Below, piece by piece: positions 50,176 to 64,000 of a stretch of 64,000 nt of DNA. The notes beneath the pieces were generated by a model. That model saw nothing but the letters and a program-made list of their open reading frames with translations. It did no database searches and had not been told where the DNA came from. This DNA comes from Octopus sinensis. Its lineage: Eukaryota. Every line of letters starts with the position of its first letter. Position 1 is the stretch's first letter. The stretch is taken from contig NC_042999.1 of assembly GCF_006345805.1 (NCBI RefSeq), positions 123,380,001 through 123,444,000 on the forward strand. The letters run 5' to 3'. The position numbers and the translations under genes were made by a program.

Positions 50176-50560
50176 GGTGCAGTTATGGCTGTGTGGTAAG
50201 AACCTTGCTTTCCAACCACATGTTTCTGGGTTCAATCCCACTGTGTGGCACCTTGGGCAAGTGTCTTCTACTATAGTCATGGATCAGCCAAAGCCTTGTG
50301 ATTGGATTTGGTAAATGGAAACTGAAAGAAGCCCATTGTGTATATGTGTGTGTTTCTTTGTGTATGTGTTTGTCCCCTCATCAACATTTGACAACCAGTG
50401 ATGGTGTGTTTACATTCCCACAACTTAGTGCTTCAGCAAAGAGACTGATGCAATAAGTACTAGGCTTAAAAATAAGTACTGGGGTTGAATTATTCAGCAA
50501 AAGCACTTCACAGCAGTGCTCCAGCATGTCAGTAGTCAACTGACTGAAACAAGTAAAAGA
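50176..50560 (+). mobile_element. tRNA-derived SINE, family A (older copy)
   Basis: ggctgtgtggtaag..gggttcaatccc..gactgaaacaagtaaaaga. Confidence 0.82.
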
Positions 50561-50984
50561 AGAAAAAAATATATCATCAAACACTATATTACTAGCTTGG
50601 GCATGTAAGTGACCAGAGTGTTACCATTGTTTTCTTGTTAAACATTGCCACTAGATAATATTGACATGTCTTCAAACATGCTGGTCAGAAGTACATAGTC
50701 TCTTTATAACTGAAGTTGCACACTCTCTATGTAGACACAGGTAGTACCATTGAGTCAACCCAGGGTTGTATACACCATATGTATGCACCATCAGTACTAA
50801 AGAGGCTATGAGTAAGCCAATAGTAACAAGCTGACCAGGTAAATACCATAACTAATAACATATTGTGAGATGATGCAAAAATATGACTGTTCTGTTAGTA
50901 ATATGAAGTCTGCTTTTGTGTCTGACGTACAGACAATGAACTGACAGGCAATCAATCAATTTCTCTCTCTCCTCTCTCTGTCTT

Positions 50985-51200
50985 TATATATATATGTGTT
51001 TGTATGTGTGTGTGTATGCATACATACATATATATATATACGTATACATGTTTATACTTACATGTGTACAGATATATATATATATACGCATATATATGTA
51101 CATATTTATATATCTATATATATGCATATACACACACATAATATACATACTTACATATGTGCATATATACATTCATCATATATATACATACATATATCTA

Positions 51201-51248
<48 letters not shown>

Positions 51249-51255
51249 AACACAC

Positions 51256-51293
<38 letters not shown>

Positions 51294-51413
51294 ATGCATA
51301 TATTTATATTTCTATATTTATCTATCTATATATTATATGATGAATATATATATGTGTGTGTGTATATATATGTGTGTGTGTGTGTTGCGTGTGTGTAAAT
51401 ATATGTATGTGTG

Positions 51414-51448
<35 letters not shown>

Positions 51449-51450
51449 AT
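50985..51450. repeat. Compound TA/TG/CA microsatellite
   Basis: Direct reading; explains the spurious YI/CV-rich ORFs. Confidence 0.95.
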
Positions 51451-52318
51451 AATCAGTTTACTGTCTACTTTTCAAAACTTGCATTGGTTGGACTAAATTT
51501 TATTGAGGAATTTCTACTGCCAGATACTCTTCGTATCGTCAACGCTTGGCTATTCTCAGGAAAGGAATATTCCCCCATGATCAGACATGGAAGATTGGAA
51601 ATGAAAGACAGCTTGCATTATGCTGACACTCATTTGAAACTATCACATGATGTCAATGGAAAGAGATTAGTATTGTTTTATTAAATTGCCAAATATGTCC
51701 TCAAATACCTCAGAAACTCAGTAATACACATATTTTGGATAGGTAGCTGCTGCTGTCTGAGATTTGGTCTCTAAGAAACACCACATCTCTCTTAGGAGCT
51801 TCATTTTTGGTTTTGTTATGTAATTAGGTGCCATTCCTAAAAGCAAATACTTTACAGTGTAGACTGAGTGCATTTTTCCATATACATACATATATGTATG
51901 TTTATGTATATATAAATATGTGTGAGTGTAGGTCATTTTGTTTTCCCAGATAGATTGTTCTTCATGTTTGAGACTCTGATAAAGCCATAAGGTGGTACTC
52001 AGGCATTGAACTATGAATCCACCACAACTTCTAGTGGAAGTAACTGAAACTTAATGAAGTTCATAAGATAATCGTTTGTTGTCTCTTTTTTCTTATTACC
52101 ACTCTGCACTCGAGTAACACTTTTGTATAGAAACATATGTATACTGAGTTCTACACTAGGCCATTAATACTGCAACACCTAAGTGAAATATTAAAACATA
52201 TATATATAGATTTTAATGGTGCTATTATTCATAACTTTATCTATTTCAAAGTTCCATTAATAAGACATTTATTTTATAACTCTTGAAACTTATGACATAA
52301 ACACACACACACATACAC

Positions 52319-52386
<68 letters not shown>

Positions 52387-52716
52387 CATATACTCATGCA
52401 TATGTACATATAATACACACACACACTCATATATATTAAAACGTGGACCCTTACATAACGAATCTACTTCATTCCAGAACCTCATTCATTATCACAAAAT
52501 TTCATTACCACTCACTTAAAACGTATTTAGATATAGTTAATTTCAAACCCTCAAAGAATACTGCAAGTCTATATATAGTCCATCATTTCAGGAATTAATA
52601 TATCACAAATTATCCATAAAAATCAGTGTATATACTAAAAGCCATGTAATATTTGTAAACAAGGTAACATATAGCAAAAATGAAATTTACTGAAAGAAAA
52701 TTTTAATAAATAAAAA

Positions 52717-53106
52717 CAGGAGTGGCTGTGTGGTAAGTAGCTTGGTAACCAACCACATGGTTCCGGGTTCAGTCCCACTGCGTGGCATCTTGGGCAAGTG
52801 TCTTCTGCTATAGCCCCGGGCCGACCAATGCCTTGTGAGTGGATTTGGTAGACAGAAACTGAAAGAAGCCTGTCGTATATATGTATATATATATATGTAT
52901 GTGTGTTTGTGTGTCTGTGTTTGTCTCCCTAGCATTGCTTGACAACCGATGCTAGTGTGTTTACGTCCCTGTCACTTAGCGGTTCAGCAAAAAGAGACCA
53001 ATAGAATAAGTACTGGGCTTACAAAGAATAAGTCCCAGGGTCGATTTGCTTGACTAAAGGCGGTGCTCCAGCATGGCTGCAGTCAAATGACTGAAACAAG
53101 TAAAAG
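52717..53106 (+). mobile_element. tRNA-derived SINE, family A (well preserved)
   Basis: A-box-like tggctgtgtgg, B-box-like gggttcagtccc, internal microsatellite, A-rich tail. Confidence 0.9.
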
Positions 53107-54117
53107 AAAAAAAGAAAAGAAAGAATATACAGTTTATGTTAAATATATCTCTTATGAAGTTATATAAGCTAATCACCATCATCGTTGTTTAATGTCCATC
53201 TTCCATGCAGGACCCGGTCAGGTAGAATACCACCCTAGGCTACTGTGTCTGTTTTGGCATGGATTTTATAGCTGGATGCACTTCCTAACACCAACCACTC
53301 CACAGTTTATATTAAATAAACAGATAGTTTTACATGATAATCTTCATTTTAAAAAAAGCAGTAACATTTAAAAGGTAATTACAAATGTGTTACAAACTCA
53401 GGATTTGCTCCCTTCTAGCCCCTTTTTGGGGTTCAAGGTATATAAACCTTGTGCATCTAGCCCATGCTTCCCAGGACAGTTCGTAGGTCCATGCTAGTTC
53501 TCACAGTGTTGGATGGAGACTGCAATATACTTATCAAACATGCTCCTCTACCAAAGATCTGAATGAATCCTCCTGAATTAAGGTTTTTTCTAAGGATTTT
53601 TGGAGTAACATTACTTAATCAATATTTCTTCAAATTGAGGGATCCCAGCTCTGATATTATAAATGTCTCAGGAAAGGAATCTCTGGACAGGTTCTATGAG
53701 CAAAACCAACCCGCAGGGGACCTAGGAGTTGACCACGAGCAAAATGGTAGGATGACATCCATGAGTCTATTTGGTCTTACTTTGGGATTCAGCCAGATCA
53801 GCTGGAAAAGGTTACTTATGACAGAACCCAATGGAAAGTGTGCTTGAAGAATCTGCTCCCACTACCTTCCCAGGAATAAGATGAGATTAGAGGATTATGA
53901 GGTATGTCTCAATCTGTGTGGTATGTTAAAGGTAAATAATTCAACATCTATGAATCCCAAGATGCAAATTTAAAAGTTTAAAAATATTTTAAATTAACAA
54001 TTGAAAAATAGTATACTTTCTTGCTTGATTTTGGTTGGCCGTTTTATTGAAAGTGAAGGGCAGCAGAGTGTTAAGAAGGAAGAAGGGTAAGGTTTTTTTA
54101 AGTACTTTCTTCTGCAG

Positions 54118-54189
54118 GAAGATCATCTAGAATTACCATTTTTAACAAAGAAACAGCAAAGAATTTGAAGGTTCTTGAATTTTTTTATG
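54118..54189 (+). CDS. Candidate 72-nt symmetric (phase 1-1) exon
   Basis: tactttcttctgcag acceptor, open frame RSSRITIFNKETAKNLKVLEFFY, ATG|gtaagt donor. Confidence 0.3.
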
Positions 54190-54299
54190 GTAAGTATCAA
54201 TGGTGAAATGGCATAATCTATTCTTCTGGACAAACCCAAGGAACTCCAACAATTCATCAGAAAAATTGCTCACATCTGACTCAACATCCTCTGAGAGAC

Positions 54300-55500
54300 A
54301 GTGGTATGTTATCTCAATGTCTGTGAGCTCACTCCAGAGACAAAATATCTTCTAATATCTTCTTTTATGGTTCATTTCTTCTTCTGACATGGTTTGTTTC
54401 TTACATTTTGATTATCTTCCTGTAAGTGCAGTCTTTCTTGAGAGAATTCAATCTATTCCTGGTGTAGCTTGTTTAGGTTGTCAATGGGCATTTCTTTTCT
54501 TTGCTTTGCTTCTCAATTAAATAATTTGTCTTTTTCATCAATTTCAAGGTTCATAGAACTGCTCAAACATTTCAAAGTCTATTGAAGAGACAACATCAGG
54601 TCACAGTACTCTCCAAAAGGAGTTTAAGCTCTCAGGATAAAGATATCTCTCCATGACTTCACTATTAAATGCACAGCATCTGCAAAGGTGAAGCGATTTT
54701 TCCAAACCTCTTTTAGCATCACTTCAGTAAACAAATTCACTTCAAAGCAGGTCTCAAATAAATGCTTTCTGTATGATTTTTTGAAGTAAGAATTCACTTC
54801 TGATCGATGAGTTAAAGCACAGGAGTAATTTTAGGATGCAGGATGTGGACTTTGATAAATTCAAATACCTGTGGCATTCAGTCCATGAGGTTTGAAAGGT
54901 GTGCTAGAGCATTATCCATAACAAGAAGAAAGAACCTCCTCTTTGAGGTAGTCATGTACAATGAGAACAAATAAGTCACTATATCATGCATTAAACAATT
55001 TCCTTGTAACCTAGACTTTCAGTTTAAATCCACTGAAATATTAGTGCAGGAAAGTATCATCTATAGTCTATGTTTTATCAGTTTATGTTCAGAGAATCTG
55101 TCCTCCTGCTATTGGATAAAAGTCCTGGGCACATTTTTATGAAAAAACAAATTACCAGCTTCATGGTTAAAAATCTAATAAAACACAGATTAGTCTCATC
55201 CACAAGCTTTAAAAATTCAGATCAATATATTTCTGCAGTAAGTGAGTCTAAGCTGACATTTTTGCTATGACACACAATGTTGCAAACACCAGAACATTTT
55301 TCAAATGACTCAAACCAATCTTTGCTGGTTTGAGTCAACTCTCCTGGTTTTATGTCATTCTGAAGCTGTTCAGAAACGGACTTGGCTTTTTTACAAAGCT
55401 GAATCATCCGCTAATTTTTTTGTTTTATCCACATTAATAATAAATTTTCTGCTTGATCCATGTGTGAGACATGATTGTTATGAAGCCTGCATATACCTTG
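54300..55500 (-). pseudogene. Degenerate pogo/Tigger-like transposase
   Basis: TSKDWFESFEKCSGVCNIVCH (CENP-B HTH end), VDETNL, LLVMDNALAH (DDE_1 motif). Confidence 0.65.
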
Positions 55501-56074
55501 TGCCAATGTGGCCCTTTTTGGCACATTTAACTTTTTCTTCGAAATGGTGCAAATTGAAAATTTGGTCAATCCATGCCCCACACTAAGTTTACAGTTTGAA
55601 TTCTGGTAATGGCCTTCTGTCTCTTTTCTATCTTGAATTGTGCTTAGAATATCTTATGTTAACTGCATATTTAGATATCTTTCCTGAGAGATATTGTTTC
55701 CATTTCCAATTCTAATTAGTGAAAATTTAATTGAAAACAGCAAAAACAAAAATGCTTCATTAAGTAGTAAATAGTTTAGAAACTTAGATGATGAATAATA
55801 GAAAAACAGTATTAACACAAACCTGTTATGAACAACAGATAGTCTATTATGAAAGTATTCATGGAAAATAATACTTTAATATTCTTTTTTTTTTTTCAAT
55901 TAAAGAGGTTATACTTAGAAACTACATTGATATAGCTGGAGAAAATAATTAAAATATCTTAATTTAAAATGAAATATGCACTATATATCCTTAGTTTTAG
56001 AGCTTTTTCGGGGTAGGGGATGGTGTTGTGGAATTCTAATAATTAGTTATAATAATAATAATAATAATAATAAA

Positions 56075-56535
56075 AGATGGGCTACAGCAAATATTCTGCT
56101 CAATACCACAGATTTGTTTGACCTTAACCAGTTGGGCATGTCCTGTAGTGGCTGACAATATGTGCATCTCTGATTACGAGCAGAAGTAGTGGGGGAGCAT
56201 CATAGCCATGTGTTGAGAGGGATTCTTTGAGATTTGAATAATTTACCTCGGGAAACATGGGTGTTTTGTTCAACATCCTTAAACAACCCTTATTCAGGGA
56301 CCTTTTGAGCGGGATGGGTTACTTGACCAGAAGAAAATTCTAGCTGGGCCCCACCTGCAAGGTCATGTGCTGTTTATCTTAGTTTGAGATCACCATGTCA
56401 CACACATATGGTTGTGATGCATGTACCTAGTGTACCCTTATCAGACGGGTAGTCATGATGGGTATACTGGGCTTCGTATATTTTACCCCAGTGTCACTTT
56501 GATGGCATGCACTGCTCTCTCACTCAATAATAATA
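56075..56535 (+). mobile_element. Probable retroposon 3' end with (AAT)n tail
   Basis: GC-richer ~450 bp island flanked by (AAT)n, ending ctctctcactcaataataat. Confidence 0.45.
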
Positions 56536-56690
56536 ATATAATAATAATATTAATAATAATAATACATTGTATGTAAAAGTATGTTTTATGACAACATTCA
56601 TATAAAAAAGTTCATACACACTAAACATAGTCAAGCATATACAAACAACATAATTAAACATAGTATTAAATAGTTAACCACTAAGTTATA

Positions 56691-57570
56691 TGAGGGGATA
56701 CCCAAAAGAAACCAGAATTTTGCAATATTATTTTATTCACTTAGTTTTACATGTTAACACTTTTATCACCTTCAAAGTATTCAATGCATTGGTCCAAACT
56801 CGTTTTCCCATGTTGGAAGCTGTGTTGGTACTCTTGCAAAGTGATGCTTTTTAATGCCTCCATCATTTTTTTCTTCACCTCTGAAATCCCATAGCACCAG
56901 CTTTTGTCACCAGCGATAACTTTTGAAAAAGGTCTGGATCAACTTCCAACTGTCCTTTCAGTTCACAAAACGCATTCAGTTGTGACTGCTTTTCATTTTC
57001 TGTGAGCAATCGAGATACAAAAGCTGCTGAAACCCTTTATATTTGCAATTCCTCACTCAAAATTCATTAGCAGGAGCTCCAGTACACACCAGTCATATCA
57101 ACAAATTCGTCAGCTGTACAGTGACAGTCCTCTTGGATCAATTCATGAATTTTCATGTTTTCATTTGTTTGGGAGGTTGATAGTCACCCTGAATGAGGTT
57201 GGTCCTCAAGCAACAACTGACCATTCCAGAAGTATGTAAACCACTTGTAAGCTTGTGTTTTGCTCATGACAGCAGTCTTGTAAGCTGTTTGAAGCATTAT
57301 AACTGTTTCAGCTGCCATTTTCTCCAGAAGAAAACAGAATTTCACAGAAGCATGCTGTTCCTTTGTTTCAGCAATTGCAAAAAGTGATGAACAGGTGAGA
57401 AACACTGCAAAACAAAGATGCACCATGTGAAAGTACGACCTTACCTGACTACACTGGTCAGCAGACTGATGCCTGAGGGTCACATCAAGTGACTTCTGGT
57501 GGTAGAAGCCTGAACTACAGCAGGTTTGTCCCACAGAGAATGTTTCTGGTTACTTTGGGGCATCCCCTTG
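56691..57570 (-). mobile_element. Internally deleted mariner element
   Basis: TA-flanked TIRs tgaggggatacccaaaagaaaccagaa / ttctggttactttggggcatccccttg; EQHASVKFCFLL..ETVIMLQTAY..YKWF..EDQPHSG N-terminus. Confidence 0.85.
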
Positions 57571-57619
57571 TATACTTAGTATTGAAATAATAATTTTTTT
57601 AAATAATAGTATTTCTATA

Positions 57620-57825
57620 TACTATAAGCATGAGGTCTGAAAGTTTTGGGGCAGGTGGCTAATCAGATACATCGACCTCAGTACTCAGCTATTTATTTTA
57701 TCAACCTTGTAAGGATGAAAGGCACAGTCAACTTCTTTGAAATTTGAACACTGAACATAAAGCCAGAAAAAAAGCTGCTAAGCATTTTGTTCATTATGCT
57801 AATGATTCTGCCAGCTCTCCACCTT
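57620..57825 (-). mobile_element. Degenerate SINE, family B
   Basis: aggatgaaaggcacagtcaac..gctaagcatttt..ctgccagctctccacc. Confidence 0.7.
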
Positions 57826-58289
57826 TTAAATAATAATAATCCCATTAATGATATCTGCAAAGCTGTTATATGGGAAAAGACTATACACTCATGAAACTAT
57901 ACAGAATGAAATCCTTAACTAAAGCTGCTGAAGTTGAATACACAACTAATTTCATAACATTGTTGAGTCTCTTTAAAAATCAAGAGATTGGACATAAGCT
58001 GGACAAGCTTTGCAATCTTCAGTTGATTATTACAGCCCATGAGTAAGTAAACCAAGAAAAATATACTTAAACATATTCTTATCCTTAATGAGAAAGCACT
58101 TAGTCTCCCTGAAAAAAAAAAGAATTATTGAATAAAGCAAATTATTTAAAACTAAGGATTAACTAAAAAATGAAGTTTCAGATAATAACAGGAATTTTCT
58201 AACAGAAGTACACAATTTCTGTTTGGCTAAGTATCATGTTTTTCATTCAACAAGAATATCTGGATTAATGAGACATTTCCTAGTTTATA

Positions 58290-59520
58290 TTGGATCATTC
58301 CATAAATAATGTGGTTTTTTCAGTTGCATGAACTAAAAGTCGGAGAAGGATAGGATAAAGTACCTGCATCAACTTTCTATAAAAGCAGGTAGTAATTTTA
58401 TCTTGTACTTATTCTTAGTGCAAGTTTTGAAGAGTGCAGTTCGAATTTAACAGTTATTTTTTCAAAGCTATAAGGGAAGTGATAAAGGAGCATATTCATC
58501 ATATTTTACTTTATGAGTTCAATAAAGGCTACAACACAACGGAAAGGGCAAGGAATATTAATGCAGTATATGAGGATTGGACAAAAAGCATAAGCCAGTG
58601 TCAACAATGCTTCCAGAAATTCTAGGCCGGAAATTACAGCTTAGAAGATGAGCCTCATACTAGAAGATCTGTAGAGCTAGACGAGGATGTCTTGTAAACT
58701 CTAATGGAACAAAATCCCATTGTAATTGTTGAGGAAGTAGCAAAGAAGCTTGGATTTGGTCGTTCAACTATTCATCAACACCTGTGTGCCATTGGAAAAG
58801 TCAGCAAATTGGGTCAATGGGTTCCTCAGCTACTTTTTTAGCCTAATTGCATGCAGAGAGTGAATGTGTGTTCTTCTTTGCTGTTATATCTCATGAATGA
58901 CATTTTTTTGGTCTGACTGGTGATGAGAAATTGGTATTCTATAAAAATATCAAGCACCAAAGACAGTGTGTAGGGAAAGGAGAAACACCAGCACCCCAGG
59001 ATAAAGAAGGTCTTCACCCATGTAAAGTGTTGTTATGTGTTTGGTGGGAAATGAAAGGTTTAGTCCACTTTGAACATTTAAACATAAACCAAACGATTAC
59101 AAAGGAGATCTAATGTGAGCTGCTTAAGTCAGCACTAGAAGAAAAATGACCATCTTCTGTTTCAAGACGAAAGGTGTTCTTCCATCAGGATAATGCTCAG
59201 CCACATGCAGTGAAGATGACATTCCAAAGGCTGGAGCAGTTTGAATAGGAAACAATGCCTCACCCACCATATTTGCCAGAGATTTTCCCATCTGATTATC
59301 ATTTATGCTGCAGTCTTAAAAATCATTTGGACAGAAAAAATATGGATTCTGTAGACAAGGGCAAAACAATACTGGAGTCCTATTTTTCATCAGACAAGAG
59401 AAGTTTGGCAGAGAGGCCTTGCAAGTGTGCCAGATAAATGGAAGAAAATTGTAGAAAATGAAAGAGATTATATTTCAAATTAAAAAAAGAAATTTGTTTA
59501 TCCTAATTTTGAAAAATAAA
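58290..59520 (+). mobile_element. Near full-length degenerate mariner (Hsmar1/Mos1-like transposase pseudogene)
   Basis: KEHIHHILLYEF, GQWVP, TGDEK, LHPCKVLLCVWW, HQDNAQPH, PHPPYLPEIFPSDYHL; multiple stops; 3' TIR not found. Confidence 0.9.
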
Positions 59521-59645
59521 AGAAGTATAAAAATATATTCTTAGAATATTTTTAAAAAAATGCTTTAGTCTTTCCAAAAACTTTACCTGAAATGCCATTT
59601 CATCATCCAACATTAATTACACATATATGTGTGTATATATATATA

Positions 59646-59835
59646 TCATCATCATCATCATTTCACGTCCATTTTCCATGCTAGCATGGGCTGGACGGTT
59701 CAACCGGGGTCTGGAAATCCCGGAGGCTGCACCAGGCTCCACTCTGATCTGGCAGTGTTTCTACAGCTGGATGCACTTCCTAATGCCAACCACTCCTTGA
59801 GTGTAGTGGGTATTTTTTACGTGCCACCAACACAG
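59646..59835 (-). mobile_element. RTE 3'-tail fragment
   Basis: (atc)n tail plus conserved core. Confidence 0.8.
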
Positions 59836-59837
<2 letters not shown>

Positions 59838-59881
<44 letters not shown>

Positions 59882-60246
59882 CATACATACATACACATAT
59901 ATATATACATACATACACATATATACATATATATATACATACATACACATATATACATATATATATACATACATACACATATATACATATATATATACAT
60001 ACATACACATAGATATACATACATATATACATATATATATATATACATACATGTGCATATACATACATGCATATATATACATATATATATATACATACAT
60101 ATATATACATGCATATATATACATATATATATATACATACATATATATACATGCATATATATATATACATACATATATATACATGCATATATATATATAC
60201 ATACATATATATACATGCATATATATATATATATATACACACACAC

Positions 60247-60293
<47 letters not shown>

Positions 60294-60338
60294 ATATATA
60301 TATATATATACACACACATACACACATATATATGTATA
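59838..60338. repeat. Long compound TA/CATA microsatellite with higher-order units
   Basis: Direct reading. Confidence 0.95.
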
Positions 60339-61077
60339 TAAGTTTAGAATACTTGATACATTACACATTATTATAGTCATATTATATATTTATTCTGGAT
60401 TGGAGGATGATTTTGAATTCTAGTGAAATAACTTTAAAAATTTTTGTATACATATATTTTTTGTTTGAGTGAATAGTAATCAATTCACTAATAAATTATC
60501 AAGTTCTTGTTGAATGAAATGCTGTAATTTGAGCTTTGAATCATAAAATTTTAAAAGAAAATTTATTCTTTTAGCAAAAATCAGCGAATTCCTTTCTTTA
60601 TAGAATATTTGCTTTCCAAGCTCAAAGCCAGCTGTTAAAAGCCAGATAAATCTAACGGTATATGTTTCATCTATGATCCATCAGAAACAGCTACATACTA
60701 TCATATGCTATATATGTCCTTCCACATCCTATACACACAACCAAATCTCACATCTCCAGTCCCCAAAGTTTTTCACTCATAACAGCAACTGATGTTAAGG
60801 CAAAACTTGAAGAAACCTACCTATACTAACTAGTGGTCTTTTATCCACATTCACAATTCCTGAAGGTTATCATCAAAACAAAGAAGGATGTTTTCATGCA
60901 TTGCATGCAGACAAGCTCTTCTGCCCCTCAAATTGCAACAGATTATATTGGTCCCCAGCCAAAAAGCATTGTTACCATCATAACAAAATTCTACTTTCCA
61001 CCACCTCTCAACTATAATGATTCTATAAACAATCCTTCCTCTTTCGGTAGGGTTATATTCTACAGTGTAGAATATAG

Positions 61078-61486
61078 GCATAGAAGTGGCTTTATGGTAA
61101 GTAGCTTGCTTATGAACCACATGGTTCCAGGTTCAGTCCCAATGCATGGCACCTTGGGCAAGTGTCTTCTACTATAGCCTTGGGTTGACCAAAGCCTTGT
61201 GAGTGGATTTGGTAGACGGAAACTGAAAGAAGCCCGTCCTATATATGTATATATATATAAGTATGTGTGTGTATGTTTGTGTGTCTGTGTTTATCCCCCA
61301 AACATCACTTGACAACCGATGCTGGTGTATTTATGTCCCTGTAACTTAGCAGTTCGGCAAAACAGACTGATAGAATAAATACTAGGCTTACAAAGAATAA
61401 GTCCTGGGGTTGATTTGCTCGACCAAAAGGCGGTGCTCCAGCAAGGCCACAGTGACATGACTGAAACAAATAAAAGAGTAAAAGAG
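61078..61486 (+). mobile_element. tRNA-derived SINE, family A
   Basis: Full-length homology to 52717-53106. Confidence 0.87.
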
Positions 61487-61619
61487 TGTATCCTATTCTC
61501 AGCAAAGACAATGCTCTCACATAGTCATCTACTATGCTACTGGATTCACTTTCAATATTTAAAGTTAATGGAGTCATTAACAACAACCTTCTCTAATACC
61601 CAGAATTTTCTCCCTCATT

Positions 61620-62720
61620 AATGAGAACTAATATTACATTCATAAATTAGATCTACTAGAGACTTTTCTTTGCCATTTGCCTATTGGTTTTTATTTTACA
61701 GAAATTTGAAAAAGTAGTGTTGGTGTCCTCGATGTCAGTAAAGGTTTCAATTGTTGTGCCTGGCATGTGAATCTCCTGTCAAAACTGCCAGCCTATAAAT
61801 TCCACATTTTTTGTTATATCTGTAGACTTCTCATCAGATTACAATGAGTGTTAATAGAGTTCAATCCAACTCACAGCCTATCATATATGGTTTCCTCTGG
61901 AGTTGGCCTCATTGTCATCGCCTCAAACCACATACCCATTTAATGGTAGATAAAACCATCTTTCACACCTCCTTAAATTTCAGTAACCACCTGTCATCCA
62001 CATGCTGCCTAGACACTTCACATCAAACCTGTGCTGATTCCATGAATAAAAACCTCAGAAACATTATCACCAATGGTGTTGTGAATATCTTGTCTCTTTC
62101 AACAAGATGACAACACAATGACTATACACATATCAAGAAAGCATTGTCAACTTTCATGTCACCTCAATAACAACAGTGGATAGCTAGGGCCATTGATGTC
62201 AAACTAAATGTTAGTCTCATCGTCCCTGTGAATCTCTCCTGGTTATATATATCATAAACATACCCAAAAGAACTCCTTTCCTCCTGAGAAAGATAAAATA
62301 CTTTAGCCCTGAACAACTAATTTTCTATAAAACTCAGGTGAGGCTCACAATGATGCATTGCTTCTATATCTCTCCCAATTCAACTGTTGCATAACATCCT
62401 AGACTGTATCCAAAGAAAAACCTTTGACTGAACAGATACTCACCAACATTTCAATCTCTGAAACACCAACATCTAGTTCTTCTTTCTTTTCTACCATTGC
62501 TATAGTATCCTCTTTCCTTAGGCCTGAATATTTCCATGTATCATTCACTAAGGTACTCCTTACTTATTTGTTTCTCCTCCTCTCACTATTCATATTGTCT
62601 CTATTTAACATTACCCCAAAAGAAATCAAAGAAGAAAAAGATCCCATCCAATGATATCTGGAAAAATTTCTTCAAGGGATACCAGACAAGCCATTTATAT
62701 CTGGATACATCTCAGTCAGT
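61620..62720 (+). pseudogene. Very degenerate CR1/Jockey-type LINE RT remnant
   Basis: Trace of LD.SK.F...WH (ctcgatgtcagtaaaggtttc..tggcat) followed by collinear decayed RT-like sequence. Confidence 0.45.
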
Positions 62721-64000
62721 AAAATCTTCCAGCTTGAATGGGCTATGATGCCACAAAACTTGACTTAAAAATGACTTCATAGATTCTATCATGTGTGTTA
62801 TTAATTTATACATGACAGAAGCTGACTTTTGGCCAGAAGATATATTAAGTTTATCTAAATGTATCTTTTCTGTCAGACTTCACACTAACACTCTAAATAA
62901 ATTTAAAATTATGATGATGATGATGACGACTCTCAAAAACATTTGAAATTTAGATATAGAGACCAAGAATTTTAAAACAATTGCAGATAATTTGGTAATA
63001 TATTGGTATTACAATTATTATGGAAAGGCTATAGTATCTCAGTGAGTTGAATTTATAACCAAGTTCTGATTTTTACTTGAAGACATTTTAATTTTCTTAT
63101 GTGAGTAATGCCTTTGCAAGGTCAGATATTACAGCTAACACTCCCTATTATCTTGAAATAAAAGGGTACAACTTATTGGTGGATACCTTTAATAAAGAAA
63201 CAAGAGGTAAATGATGCAGATATAATGATTCAGTCTATTTATCAAACTTATGAGATAAACATTAACTGAGGTTATAAAAGTATTTTTAACGATATATGAG
63301 TGAAATAACTGAAATAATTTCAATTTTATGTTGAGCAAAATTGTAACAATTTGCAAATTTGTTTTTATGACTGCAAGACAGAATCTCTAAATGCTAACTT
63401 GTTTGTGACAATACTTCAGTGGTAAATTTGAGAAAGAAATAAAAGAAGAAAAATGAAACATTGTATGTTTTGTCATATGATACAAGAAATGAGGTTTAAA
63501 AAGCAGAAAGGATATTTAAACAAAAGTGGAAGAGAAGGGAGAATAGAAAATATCAGAAAATTATTTATAAAAATAAATAAATCTAGTCTTACAACAAAAG
63601 GAAAATTTTAAGCTTTGAGCACTTTTGTTTTTCCTTATGAATTACAGATATCTTTGTAAAGATGTCATTGTGCCTTGTAGCAATTTCCAAAATTATTCAT
63701 ATTTTCTGGAAACTATTTCAGAAACAAAAATGTCTTAGATATCTCATGGGAAAACGTTCCACATAAAATACTGCTGAATTTACATGAAGAATATAATGCT
63801 GTAGTAAATCACAGAACATAAAATATAAAAAAAGTCTCATAATGAGTCAATTTATTCCATGATTGGAAAACTGATATAAACGCATTTAATTCTGAAATTA
63901 TATTATCATTTCTTGCACAAATATATACCCTTATATTTAGCTCTTATCTTCCAGTGAGACACAACACCATAGAGGACTACAGTAGTCAGCCTTTTCCAAA

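Noticed and set aside
59629-60380. Long ORFs rich in Y/I/C/V/H/T (also ~9.2, 30.3-31.3, 40.2, 45-46.6 and 51 kb)
   Set aside because: Translations of TA/CA/TG microsatellites, which lack stop codons.

Overview
AT-rich, repeat-dominated animal genomic DNA. The SINE/RTE families and dense (TA)n/(CA)n/(TATG)n microsatellites look like octopus/cephalopod sequence (inference from recalled repeat style, not a database search). No complete host gene can be supported; only a few isolated splice-site-bounded exon candidates. The window is a layered transposon graveyard: RTE and CR1-like LINE remnants, two tRNA-derived SINE families, RTE-tail elements, mariner, Tigger, piggyBac-, hAT- and Helitron-type elements, and several Penelope-like elements (PLEs). 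The most notable signal is a PLE/hammerhead-ribozyme landscape: about ten type I hammerhead or hammerhead-like motifs, one with an intact core inside a palindrome at 8776-8826. One PLE family has a terminal repeat combining a tRNA-like Pol III head with a hammerhead (17.7 kb and 47.0 kb). A ~5 kb PLE has ~1.1 kb inverted terminal repeats. There is also a retrozyme-like ~340 bp repeat and several long fold-back palindromes. Most ORFs in the supplied track are microsatellite or antisense artefacts.
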